Notes: generated from the letters alone by a model not told the origin. A stretch of 64,000 bases of DNA from Desulfatiglandales bacterium (GCA_963662465.1 OY759599.1:4928001-4992000); one strand, 5' to 3'. Counted from the first letter of the stretch, positions 52,940 through 62,374 are shown. Program-made: numbers and translations.

Positions 52940-53267
52940 GGGGGGAGTTTCATGCTTGGAAACGAAATACATGGGAACAAAAGTGTAAACTCGAAAATGA
53001 TGAAATCCATTCACAGTGATCTCTGGGCCTTGAAAATATATGCTATAAGTTCAGGTAGTTATATTTACGCCCCCAAATTCGTTATAATCAGAAATTATTC
53101 AAGTTTTTTAATAGCTTAACTACCTAAAAAGCCATCAAGGCGTCGTTTTTGAGTAAATAGCAAAAAGGACAAAGATTTTTATTAAGCAGTTTTTTTGGCG
53201 CACAATAAACATAAAACTGTACAAATTAAACCCAGTACACAAAACAGCTTTGGAAAGATAGCAAAAA

Positions 53268-54806
53268 TCAGGAGTTTTCCGGATCAAAATCGAGCGGGCT
53301 TCTAATCTCTTTTGCCGGCATGCTTTTGATGACATGCGTATAGATCATCGTTGTCCGAACATCGCTATGCCCCAAGAGGTCTTGGATCGTTCGGATGTCG
53401 TAGTTGGCCTGCAACAGATGGGTCGCAAAACTGTGGCGAAAAGTATGCGCGGTAACGCGTTTATACAGTTTTGCCTTTCGTACGGCATCCCTGATGGCGC
53501 GTTGCACATGACTTTCATGGATATGATATCTTTTTTTTTCTCCCGTGTCCCTAACGGTGGTAAGGGAAAGGCCGGGGAAAACCCATTGCCAAGCCAATTC
53601 TTTGGCCGCATTTTTATATTTTTTATCCAACCGCCCCTTTAAGAAGGCGCCGGCGTACCCGACATTCAAATCCTTTTCATGCAAATCGGCGGCCACATCG
53701 AATTGCATACGGATTTCCGGTATGACCGTTTCCGGCAAAGGGACGGAGCGGTCTTTTTTTCCTTTACCGTCATGTACGGTCAGCATACAACCCTCGAGGT
53801 CGAAATCAGCAAGGCGAAGGTTGAGACATTCAAACAATCGTAATCCACAACCGTAGAGCAATTTCACGATGAGGTCATACGGATGGGAAAGATGCGTCAA
53901 AACCAGATCAATTTCCCGCCTCGACAACACCACCGGCCTATACGGTTTCTGCTTTGCTCTGACAACGTTCTTTATGTCGCCAGGTTCCCGTTTCATAACA
54001 TGACGGAAAAAAAACAACAAGGCATTGAATGCTTGATTCTGAGTTGAAGCGGAGACCTTTCTTTTCACAGCCAGAAATGTCAAAAAGGCTTTGTAATCTT
54101 CGTCGGTGACCGCTGCCAACGTTTTGGATTTGGTGAAGACCTGAAACTTGCGGAGCCACATTGAATAGCTCTTCAATGTCTTGGGAGAGTACTGCAGAAC
54201 CATGATTTCATCACGGAGGCCATCAAAGGCGAATTTCCAGCTTGTGCCGATTTCAACCGGTTGATCTGATGTTTGCCGTTTATTGCAAATAGTTTTGTCA
54301 AAAAACCCAGAAGGTTTTCGATCCGCCTCTTGACAGGTAGTTTTCGATATCTCCTCTGCGAATTTTTGGTCCCCGAAACCCTGACAACCCGTCCGGGAGG
54401 GCGGGACGTCCACAGGCCCGGCTTGAACGGCATTTGAACGTTTCGCGGCGGACGCGGCAAAAACAGTTGTATCGTTATCTGGAAAGATCTCGGCCTTTTT
54501 GACGGACGTATTCTTTCGAATTGTCACATATTCGGCAACCGAGGGCCTTTCTTTGACGGTTTCATAATACAAAGAAACGGCATCCGAGGCTTGTCTGATT
54601 TGATAATCTTTCTGTTTTTTCTGATGGCGTTTTTCGATAAAATGACTGAGGCTTTCATGTTTTGAGACCGGATGATAATATTTTTGGCAAAAATCCCAGT
54701 AAAATCGAAGCCATTTTTTGTAATATGCCTGAAATCGCTTTTAAACGGGTTTCCTATCCAGAAAATGCTGAAAACGCGCTATGATGTCTGGCGGAACTGG
54801 AATCAT
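53268..54806 (-). pseudogene. intI: Integron integrase with N-terminal extension, interrupted by in-frame TAA at codon 22
   Basis: SASTQNQA, LYGCGLR, DGKGKKDR, integron-specific insert (KYKNAAKELAWQWVFP), HTFRHSFATHLL, LGHSDVRTTMIYTH; AGGAGG RBS and ATG at 54806, TAA at 54743-54741, frame continues KRFQAYYKKWLRFYWDFC... Confidence 0.88.
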
Positions 54807-54950
54807 GATATGCCCTCCTATTGGATGTTCAATATTACAAATACGCACAATATACGGAACGCATACGCCATGCCATTTATCTTTGTCAATAATAATTTCA
54901 TGCCGGCTTTTAACCGGCAAATCATAATGAGCCTCAGAGAAAAAGCCGGA

Positions 54951-55172
54951 AATTAGCAATTCTCATTTTGGAATTACGATCTCCTCATCCTGCTTTACAC
55001 GCCCTATGTTGGAACCCGCTTCTGGACGATCTGCGTCCTAAATCATGAATATCCCCAATTTAAACAAGTGTTTTTCGAGTTTGCCGCAGGACGCGGAGCG
55101 TCCCAAAACTATTCCCACATTAGAACGTATGAACGAGAGCGAAAGCCACATCTCTAATGAGAATTGCTAATT
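54951..55172. mobile_element. MITE/REPIN-like element with 17-bp perfect terminal inverted repeats
   Basis: AATTAGCAATTCTCATT ... AATGAGAATTGCTAATT; internal GGACG-N-CGTCC hairpins. Confidence 0.6.
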
Positions 55173-55262
55173 AAATATTTTACAGAGAATAAAAACATTG
55201 CCCTTGCATTTTTCCATCGAATAATTTACAGAATATAGATTCCAGGGGGAGATTGGTTCGAT

Positions 55263-55326
55263 TTTGTCGGATAACATGCAGAAACGGATATTTGATGACA
55301 AAAAAAACCGTATAATCACTGGTTCG
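55263..55326 (+). other. Putative attI site (interrupted by intron 1)
   Basis: Upstream of and divergent to intI; CGGATAA...CCGTATAATCACTG-GTT, with the GTT core directly abutting the intron 5' end. Confidence 0.5.
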
Positions 55327-55943
55327 TTGCGACACGAAGTCGCTTTAAATATATGTTTTCACAGAAGAATCGTGGAAACCCGGTGTTCCGCCACCGGCAT
55401 CCTAGGGAGGCATGCTGCCGTTGCGCTGATGACGGGGTGTGAAGCCCTCCCGACAATGTACCGAGGACCTTTGAAGTTGGAAAGTCGGGACAGAAAGCGT
55501 GAGTGGACTGTTCCTCTGGAAGCCTCATCCGGATTAGGGCTGGGATTGACTGATATGGTCAGTATATTCAAACACCTGCAGTATCGTAAACAGCAACAAG
55601 CCAAAGAGGCCGATAGGCTTGGACCAAACGGTGTGCGGCCAGGTCGGGAGTCTCGAACGTACGCCCGGCGCGGATGTTGTGCCGCCGGTATAGGGGGTGG
55701 ACCTAAGTCAGTTAACAGTATTTATTGCGGAACGTGGTAAGCTCGTAACATCGCCATAAAGTTTTGTGGCAAGCCAACCGTGAGGCAGGCCGTTGGTGTT
55801 GCGGGTGCAAGACGCCTTACCAAGCCAATGCCCTCCTGTAATGGGTGGAATACCGAGTTATCTCCGGCCCGAAAGGGAGCTGAATTTTGGCGGGTGCTCA
55901 TGCGTGAGATAATTTGAAGAACCTTCTGATGGGAGAATAGCAA

Positions 55944-56061
55944 ATGACGGTCTTCGTGACTGGTGCACTTCCACAACAAGCTCCAAACTGGCAACTCATT
56001 AATTGGGATGTCGTCAAGAGTAACGTGAAAAAGGCTTCAAATGCGTATTGCGCAGGCGGTT
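55944..56061 (+). pseudogene. Remnant N-terminus of intron-encoded RT
   Basis: MTVFVTGALPQQAPNWQLINWDVVKSNVK, frameshift, RLQMRIAQAV; the rest is absent before DV. Confidence 0.7.
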
Positions 56062-56178
56062 AACAACCGCCGGACTCTTCTGATGAGAAAGGGTCTTACT
56101 GAGGGCTTGAGCCGTATGCTGGGAAACTCGCGTCTACGGTTCTGAGGGTAATAGCGGCATAATACACACCTCCGTACG

Positions 56179-58266
56179 TTATTGAAAATTAAAGACTTGT
56201 TGTTTTGAGTTTCTTGAAAGCGGGCTCTTTGGAAGCCCGGAATGAGCTGCCTTTTTTATCACTTCAGATTCAAGGTCCTTTTTTGAAATGATCCATGGAG
56301 CACCGGAACATACTCGCTTGGCGGGTAGAATCTCATGTTGTATAAGTCTCCAAACTTTGGTGCTGCCAATACCCAGCCTTTCGCTTGCTTCAGCTACCGT
56401 ATATTCTTCTCGTCGCTGCCTCTCTCCTTCATGATATACAGGGATATTATGCCTATTTCGAAATGAACGCAACCTTACCGGATTCCAGGTATATCCCTTT
56501 GTAGTCTTTGTACCCACACGGTTGAGAAAGGCCACGATGTGTTTATCAGGCATAATTCTAGCCAAATCGGATATTATCTTTTTTGTATCAACATCGGTTT
56601 TCAATGGGTAACTGGAAGACTTATTCTTCAATACCTCCAATTCCGTATGCTCACCCCCTTCCCAGTGAATGATTAATTTGATCTTTTGATCTTCCAAATA
56701 AACAACGATCTCTTTGATAACCGTCCGGATTATACGCTTCTTTAAATCCAAAGAGCAAAACGGATCATTCCATACACGAGGTAAATCTTTTGATAGATCT
56801 CTGATCTCAGTCTCCTCCTCAGGGGAAAGCGAAGGGGTGTTCGATCCCATGGCGTCAACCTCATTCTCCAATCTTGCTACCTTAACAAGAGCGTCATTCC
56901 AATCCTTCTCCAATGTAGATGCTACCAAACGATTATCAGGGTCTACTGCATTGTATTGACGTTTTGCCCGTAAAGCTTCATAACGCGCTTGTTCCAACTC
57001 CAGTTCCCGTTGCCGTTTCACTGAATCCGATTCATGGTTGATTTTCTTTATCGCCTCTAAAGAAGCTTCTAATCCTATCGGTGATAATACTTTCAAAAGA
57101 AAATCCGTAACAGCCCGGTCAACACGAAATCCACCAAATGATATACACGCCTTTCCTGTCTCGGTACCTCGTTTGCGGCTACACTCATAACGTTTATGAG
57201 TTCCATTACGGCCTTGGTATCGTACAATTAACTTTCTGCCGCAATGACCGCATCTTAACAAACCTCCAAGCAATGCCTTTCCTCCGCGAACAGATCCTCT
57301 CACCACCGGCCTTTTCTTATTTGTATTTTGAGTTAGTATCTCCATGTTATACTGGTACTCTTCCCATGTGATGTAACCTTCATGGTGATCCAATATTAAA
57401 ACGTCCCAATCCTTTTGTTCCTTACGAATACCCTTCCTCAGTCGCTTGCGCCCATTTTCAAAAGTTACCTCTGTTTTAGTCCGGCCATAGACGTAGGCGC
57501 CGGCGTAAATTGGGTTGTTCACTATATGCGACAAGGTATGAGCAGACGGTAGTTTCCACTCTATCCTACGTTCCCCTTTACCGCTGGAAACAACAGCAAT
57601 CTCAATCTGTTCATCTAAAAACCAATGATACACCCGACGAAGAGTACCATATTCCTTGAATTTCGTGAATACCAAATCAATGACTTCTTGAATTCGTTTG
57701 TCAGGATTCTTTTTCAGCTTATTATCCCTAGTCTTTATATAGGCTGCCGGTACAGTAAGATATAATTCTCCCCGCTTCGCTTTTTGTTGTATTGCCGCCT
57801 GAGAACGCTCCTTTAATAGGCTCAATTCCATTGCACTCATTTCTCCCTTTAAGCCCAGGAGCAAACGATCATTTGACACGTTTAGGTCATAAACAGCTCC
57901 TTGATCTACAAGAACCGTTTTTTTAAGTGCACAGATCTCAAGCAACGTATGCCACTCTCGACCGTTGCGGGCCAACCTCGATGATTCAATCGAGAAAATA
58001 CCCCCTATTCTTCCTTCACACACAGATGAAAGAAGATTCTGGAATCCTTTTCTGTCAACGCATCCCGATGCAGTTATTCCCAAATCACTATCTATCATCC
58101 ATATGTTTTTCTCGTTCCATCCTAATTCTTTTGCCCTTTCTACCAAGCCATATTGTAAAAGTTGGCTTTCACGATGCTGTAGAACTTGGCCCGGTGTTGA
58201 CTGACGGATATATATACATGCTTCCCGACTAATATGTTCAGCATTGATTTTATTGCTCATGCTCAT
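56179..58266 (-). CDS. Large serine recombinase (resolvase + recombinase + Zn ribbon + C-terminal HTH)
   Basis: YIRQST catalytic Ser, DLGITASG, SRLARN, NPIYAGAYVYG, LLRCGHCG, YTVAEASERLGI HTH. Confidence 0.93.
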   Translation of the reverse strand: MSMSNKINAEHISREACIYIRQSTPGQVLQHRESQLLQYGLVERAKELGWNEKNIWMIDSDLGITASGCVDRKGFQNLLSSVCEGRIGGIFSIESSRLARNGREWHTLLEICALKKTVLVDQGAVYDLNVSNDRLLLGLKGEMSAMELSLLKERSQAAIQQKAKRGELYLTVPAAYIKTRDNKLKKNPDKRIQEVIDLVFTKFKEYGTLRRVYHWFLDEQIEIAVVSSGKGERRIEWKLPSAHTLSHIVNNPIYAGAYVYGRTKTEVTFENGRKRLRKGIRKEQKDWDVLILDHHEGYITWEEYQYNMEILTQNTNKKRPVVRGSVRGGKALLGGLLRCGHCGRKLIVRYQGRNGTHKRYECSRKRGTETGKACISFGGFRVDRAVTDFLLKVLSPIGLEASLEAIKKINHESDSVKRQRELELEQARYEALRAKRQYNAVDPDNRLVASTLEKDWNDALVKVARLENEVDAMGSNTPSLSPEEETEIRDLSKDLPRVWNDPFCSLDLKKRIIRTVIKEIVVYLEDQKIKLIIHWEGGEHTELEVLKNKSSSYPLKTDVDTKKIISDLARIMPDKHIVAFLNRVGTKTTKGYTWNPVRLRSFRNRHNIPVYHEGERQRREEYTVAEASERLGIGSTKVWRLIQHEILPAKRVCSGAPWIISKKDLESEVIKKAAHSGLPKSPLSRNSKQQVFNFQ

Positions 58267-58283
58267 TTCCACCTTTCTTTTCT

Positions 58284-58841
58284 CGAAATGTCAACCGAAA
58301 ATTGACCTCTTGCGACAACCGAATTTTGACCCCCATATGAGTAATTGTAAGCTGCGACGAGGTCATAGAAGGCTCCGGTGGCTCCTGCCGAAATATCCAT
58401 TAAAAGAGCGACCATAACCGCACCTTAGTCAGCTTCCGACCAGATAATCATCTGGTAAGTCGAGAAAACCCTTTTTCGTCGCTAATTCGAGTTCAATCAA
58501 ATACCCTATCTCGCCTTTCATTTTGATCTGTGAAACCATCCACTTCCGTAACCGAATCGTGACGGGGATACGCCTCAGATGTTCAGGACTCCTTTTTCGA
58601 CCAGCGCCTTTTCGACTCCCACCTCTCATTTTCATCGCTCCTTTTCACCTTCAAATTCGTCCAATATTTTTGAATACCGTGTACGTTTTTCAGTTAAACA
58701 CCTATTTCTATCGGAAAATAAGCTATTTATGATTTATCGTTACGATTTTTCTGAGTCGGATTAAGCTGCTTGCTTCAACAACTCCAGTCTCTTGACTGCT
58801 TCCAATATCAGACCGCGATTTTACGTTAGTGAAACTACTTC
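58284..58841. mobile_element. Secondary insertion with an IS21-like terminus, flanked by 8-bp direct repeat
   Basis: TGTCAACCGAAAATTGACC...CAACCGAATTTTGACC tandem end motifs; TCTTTTCT at 58276-58283 and 58842-58849. Confidence 0.5.
58429..58635 (-). CDS. Small basic putative DNA-binding protein
   Basis: RGGSRKGAGRK motif then IPVTIRL (RHH-like strand); AAGGAG RBS. Confidence 0.55.
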   Translation of the reverse strand: MKMRGGSRKGAGRKRSPEHLRRIPVTIRLRKWMVSQIKMKGEIGYLIELELATKKGFLDLPDDYLVGS

Positions 58842-58996
58842 TCTTTTCTATTTCTGTTACCCTCAGAATTTTGCCAGAAACCTGACAGAAGCTCTGCAAG
58901 GAAATCAATCAATCTATTTCGTGTTTCTATTGGAATTTCGATCGGTGATGGTAAATAATCCCAAAGCCGAAGTTGATGATATTTTTGTTTCGTCAT
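58835..58996 (-). CDS. Small hypothetical accessory protein of the recombinase element
   Basis: AAGGAGG RBS; MTKQKYHQLRLW...RLIDFLAELL; lies between the Y4bD-like gene and the recombinase. Confidence 0.6.
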   Translation of the reverse strand: MTKQKYHQLRLWDYLPSPIEIPIETRNRLIDFLAELLSGFWQNSEGNRNRKEK

Positions 58997-59315
58997 CTTT
59001 CCTCCTTGTTTTCGAATTGACTTCATCAGGAGGAAACGGTATTTTTCTATTCACTATTAAGCAATATAAATTCTTAAGCGCCCTGATTTCGATAGCGGGT
59101 TTTGAGCCGAGGGATATCTTTTCATACTTTGGATTGGTCATCCACGCAGGTATCAATTCATGGCGACCATCAGGTTTCTTTGTTACAAAACAAGTTTCTC
59201 CACGATGGTTTCTGGTACCTACCACATAAATTTCTTCACCGGTTCTTGGGTGAAAGGGGTAATATACCCGAGTTATAAACTGGTTTTGATGGGCATTATA
59301 TAGTGGTTCTGAGGG
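58914..59315 (-). CDS. Y4bD/Y4pK (DUF5372)-like protein body; start codon supplied only in the excised circle
   Basis: VYYPFHPRTGEEI...DGRHELIPAWMT; frame runs through the attachment core; no ATG between the core and the conserved YPFHP motif. Confidence 0.7.
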   Translation of the reverse strand, partial: PSEPLYNAHQNQFITRVYYPFHPRTGEEIYVVGTRNHRGETCFVTKKPDGRHELIPAWMTNPKYEKISLGSKPAIEIRALKNLYCLIVNRKIPFPPDEVNSKTRRKDDETKISSTSALGLFTITDRNSNRNTK

Positions 59316-59370
59316 GGCTTGGGGATGGCAACATCCCCTGGCTACCCGGCTTTTCTCAATCAAAAACGGC

Positions 59371-59400
59371 TTGTCTCAAAGCCACCGTCTCAGGTATAAT
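59371..59400 (+). promoter_or_regulatory. Cassette-borne sigma70 promoter for the TA operon
   Basis: TTGTCT-N18-TATAAT. Confidence 0.6.
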
Positions 59401-59441
59401 GAGGGGGTGTTCTTTTACAAATAACTTTGGATGATTAATCG

Positions 59442-59732
59442 ATGAGTATTCAATTTGAATGGGACAAAAATAAAGCGAAAACGAATCTCAAGAAACACAA
59501 AGTTAGTTTTGATGAAGCAAGTACTGTTTTCAGTGACCCATTAGCTTTGATATTTGATGATGAAGAACACTCTACGTCAGAAGAGTTACGTGAAATCATC
59601 ATCGGAAATTCTGAGAAAAGACGACTGTTATTGACCAGTTTCACAGAACGACTAGAAGATATTGTGCGGATAATTAGCTCACGTTTAGCGACAAACCATG
59701 AACGAAAGGATTATGAAGAAAATGCCTACTAA
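59442..59732 (+). CDS. brnT: BrnT family toxin (ribonuclease)
   Basis: FEWDKNKAKTNLKKHKVSFDEASTVFSDP, RIISSRLATNHERKDYE. Confidence 0.92.
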   Translation: MSIQFEWDKNKAKTNLKKHKVSFDEASTVFSDPLALIFDDEEHSTSEELREIIIGNSEKRRLLLTSFTERLEDIVRIISSRLATNHERKDYEENAY

Positions 59733-59985
59733 TTCAGCAATTGACGATTTAAAACCAGAATATAAGTTTGATTATAGTAAAGCACGTCCGAATCGTTTTG
59801 CTAAACGAGTCACTGAGGATAGTGTTATTGTGGTGCTTGACCCTGATGTAGCACAGGTTTTTACTTCTGCGGAGGCAGTCAATGCTGTTTTACGAGCGCT
59901 CATTCAAAACATGCCTAATGTTACTATTCCAGCACAAGTTACAGAGGTTCTCACGGCAAACAAACATCATGGTTCAATCCGCTAA
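59713..59985 (+). CDS. BrnA-like antitoxin
   Basis: LKPEYKFDYSKARPNRFA, VVLDPDVAQVF...VNAVLRAL; overlaps the toxin stop; its TAA lies in the attC R'' box. Confidence 0.85.
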   Translation: MKKMPTNSAIDDLKPEYKFDYSKARPNRFAKRVTEDSVIVVLDPDVAQVFTSAEAVNAVLRALIQNMPNVTIPAQVTEVLTANKHHGSIR

Positions 59986-60673
59986 CCAAGCGCTCCTCGC
60001 GCCGAGGTAAGCCCGAAACCTTGGGAACCCGCGTAAATCGGGATGAAATTGGTTATTGTTATCCAGTGGGTGATCGCGGAAAGCGAAAGTCCCACCCGAG
60101 CAGAGGTTAGCCACCAGCTCGGTAGTGAAGTCCACGTGCAAACCGGGTAACCGGCGTACGGAGCTGGACGGAACGAGAATCCAGGCTGCGTATTGAGCCC
60201 CGAAAAATGTATAGTTGTGGTCATTGGATAACCCTGTGAAATCAGGGGAACGCCGACGCTTTGGAGCAAGCGGAAGACAGCAGACCTTGATGCGCCATGG
60301 CGAGTGTTGAGGTTGCCACCGGGGTCTTAGACCAGGGCATGGATTCAAATGGATAGCTCGGGAACTCGGGAGAACCAAAAGTTTCCTTGTTTAGAGACCC
60401 GGAAGATGAGGGGCGCCGGGAGATTAAGAGCCCTGGCGTTTGCGGGCTGCTTTCACCTGCAAATGAGTCGCAAGAAACACAAAGAAAGAAAGCAGGCAGG
60501 GTATCAGGTGTGGACAGCGAAAAGCGAACGTGCCTGAGAGGGACTTTTGGTAGTCTTAGCGGAACATAGTACCGATGGCGCCGAGGATGGTGCTGGGAAG
60601 GTGGGGAAGTGGCGCCCAAGCGACCCACTGTAGGGAAGGTGAAGCAGGGTATAACGTTTTTCTGATAGGAACT

Positions 60674-62374
60674 ATGGAAGACACTCAGAGGTCACAACCC
60701 ATATCAATGGAAAATCAGGAAATTGCGGAGCAGGTTGCCCAGAAGTCCGAAGAACCGAGTACACATGGTCTCCCCGTACTGGTCAGTGAATCAAGTCTTG
60801 CCCGGGTAGCAATACGGGGGATGGCCGATTCGCAAACGGTGTTCTCATCACTTGCGCATTGGACCGACTTTGATTTATTGAAAAAGTCATTCAAGGCATT
60901 GAGTAAGAATGAGTCAACCGGAGTTGATAGGATAACGGCGAAGGACTATGCTGTCGATCTTAATGAAAACCTCTATAAACTGTACGAACGGCTGCAAAGA
61001 GGGCAGTACGTTGCATCTCCGGTCAAGCGCATATGGGTGGACAAGGAAGGCGGTAAAAAGAGACCGATAGGGATTCCGGCGTTGGAGGACAAGATTGTCC
61101 AGAAAGCGGTGGCGACTTTGCTGGGGCTGGCTTACGAACCCTTGTTTTATGAAGTTTCCCATGGATTTCGGGAAGGTCACAGTCAACACCTGGCGCTGAA
61201 AGAACTTCGTGAAAAGTGTGCCGGTTTGAACATAAACTGGATTTTGAGCGCGGATATTACGGGACTATTTGACAATATAGATCACTCATTATTACGAGAA
61301 ATACTGCGTAAAAGGGTGAATGATGGCGGCATCCTGCGGCTAATCGGCAAGTGGTTGAACGCCGGGGTCGTGGAGGGTGACGAAACCATATACCCTGAGA
61401 AAGGAACGCCTCAAGGCGGGTTATGCAAAGCTTTGCATAACCCGCCTTATGCCAAGTTGCCGATTATGCAAAGTAAACCGCTAAAGCTACCAGATTTCCA
61501 ACACCTTCACTGAGTTTACTTTGCATAATATCACGGGTATCTCAAACTTGAAATCCAATTAAACGATGCAGCATCCTTGGTTTATTTTGGATAAAATGAT
61601 CTGGTTTTTTTCCGACAAATGATTTTGTGAGCTTTTCGCTCAGTCATCATTAGCAAAGATTATGCTAAGTAAATCAAAAAGAAACCCTTGAATTCCAATG
61701 CGTTTTATGGCTTACTTTGCATAATTACTTTCTTTGCATAAGGCGGCGTCATTTCACCGGTGCTGAGTAATATATTTTTGCACGAGGTGCTGGACGGCTG
61801 GTTTGTCAAAGAAGTTGAACCGAGGCTGAAGGGGAAGTGTTTTTTGGTCCGCTTTGCGGATGATTTCATAATCGGGTTTCAATTGAAGTCTGATGCTGAA
61901 CGGTTGATGGCAGTTTTGCCCAAGCGTTTTGAGAAATACAAGCTAAGCCTTCACCCGGGAAAGACCAGATTGATAGCCTTTGGAAGGCCAATGGCCGGTG
62001 CAAAGCGTGAGACCTTTGATTTCTTAGGTTTTACCTACTACTGGGGCAGGTCCTTAAAGGGGCGGTGGGTGATTAAGAAGAAGACGGCTGGTAAGCGTTT
62101 AAGGCGTTTTCTGAGTATGACGTGGAGTTGGTGTAAGGAGAGCCGCCATGATCCCATGAAGGAGCAGCATGAGATTTTATGCAGCAAACTTCGGGGGTTC
62201 TATCAATATTTTGGTGTACGCTCGAACTACAAAGCACTTGAAGTGGCGTATGAATACGCGATGAAGGCCTGGCGTTACTGGCTAAGCCGGAGGAGTTCCG
62301 ACGGCCTGGTGTTGTTTGCAGACCTGCAAAGGAGCCACCCACTGCCAATTCCGAAAATAGTCCACGGATTCTGA
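60674..62374 (+). pseudogene. ltrA: Intron-encoded reverse transcriptase/maturase, interrupted at GTPQGG
   Basis: RPIGIPALEDKIVQ, ADITGLFDNIDH, GTPQGG | VISPVLSNIFLH, RFADD, FDFLGF; no endonuclease domain. Confidence 0.9.
61420..61746. mobile_element. 327-bp non-autonomous element with multiple TTATGCAAAG sites (RIT-like ends)
   Basis: AAGGCGG direct repeat (61413-61419, 61740-61746); 36-bp perfect palindrome 61413-61448; terminal IR CCGCCTTATGC(C/A)AAG. Confidence 0.8.

Larger units (their letters stand above)
56149..59315 (-). mobile_element. Site-specific integrative element encoding a large serine recombinase, inserted in group II intron domain V
   Basis: 11-bp direct repeat GGTTCTGAGGG at 56138-56148 and 59305-59315; removal restores contiguous DV-DVI; visibly AT-richer than flanks. 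Confidence 0.88.
55327..59350 (+). mobile_element. Group II intron 1 (IIB/CL-like, RT ORF largely deleted), split in domain V by a serine-recombinase element
   Basis: 5' TTGCGACACGAAGTCGC; DV GAGCCGTATGCTGGGAAACTCGCGTCTACGGTTCTGAGGG (56109-56148); DVI GGGCTTGGGGATGGCAACATCCCCTGGCTACCCGGC ending 59350. Confidence 0.85.

Noticed and set aside
52680..53010. Short minus-strand ORFs, faintly like a deaminase C-terminus
   Set aside because: Stop-interrupted, overlapped by a REP palindrome, no catalytic motif; cannot support a call.
54741..54743. Programmed read-through (Sec/Pyl) of the intI stop
   Set aside because: The codon is TAA, not TGA/TAG; a nonsense mutation or sequencing error is simpler.
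55264..55994. ORFs 55264-55740 and 55722-55994
   Set aside because: They lie within intron RNA domains; no protein motifs.
59974..60628. Several ORFs on both strands
   Set aside because: They overlap intron 2 ribozyme domains; spurious.
61421..61741. Repeated TTATGCAAAG motifs as a CRISPR array
   Set aside because: Motifs are 10 bp, in both orientations and irregularly spaced; no cas genes in the window.
60674..62374. RT as retron, DGR or defence-associated RT
   Set aside because: Followed by group II DV/DVI, has maturase-type motifs, and no template/variable repeat pair is seen.
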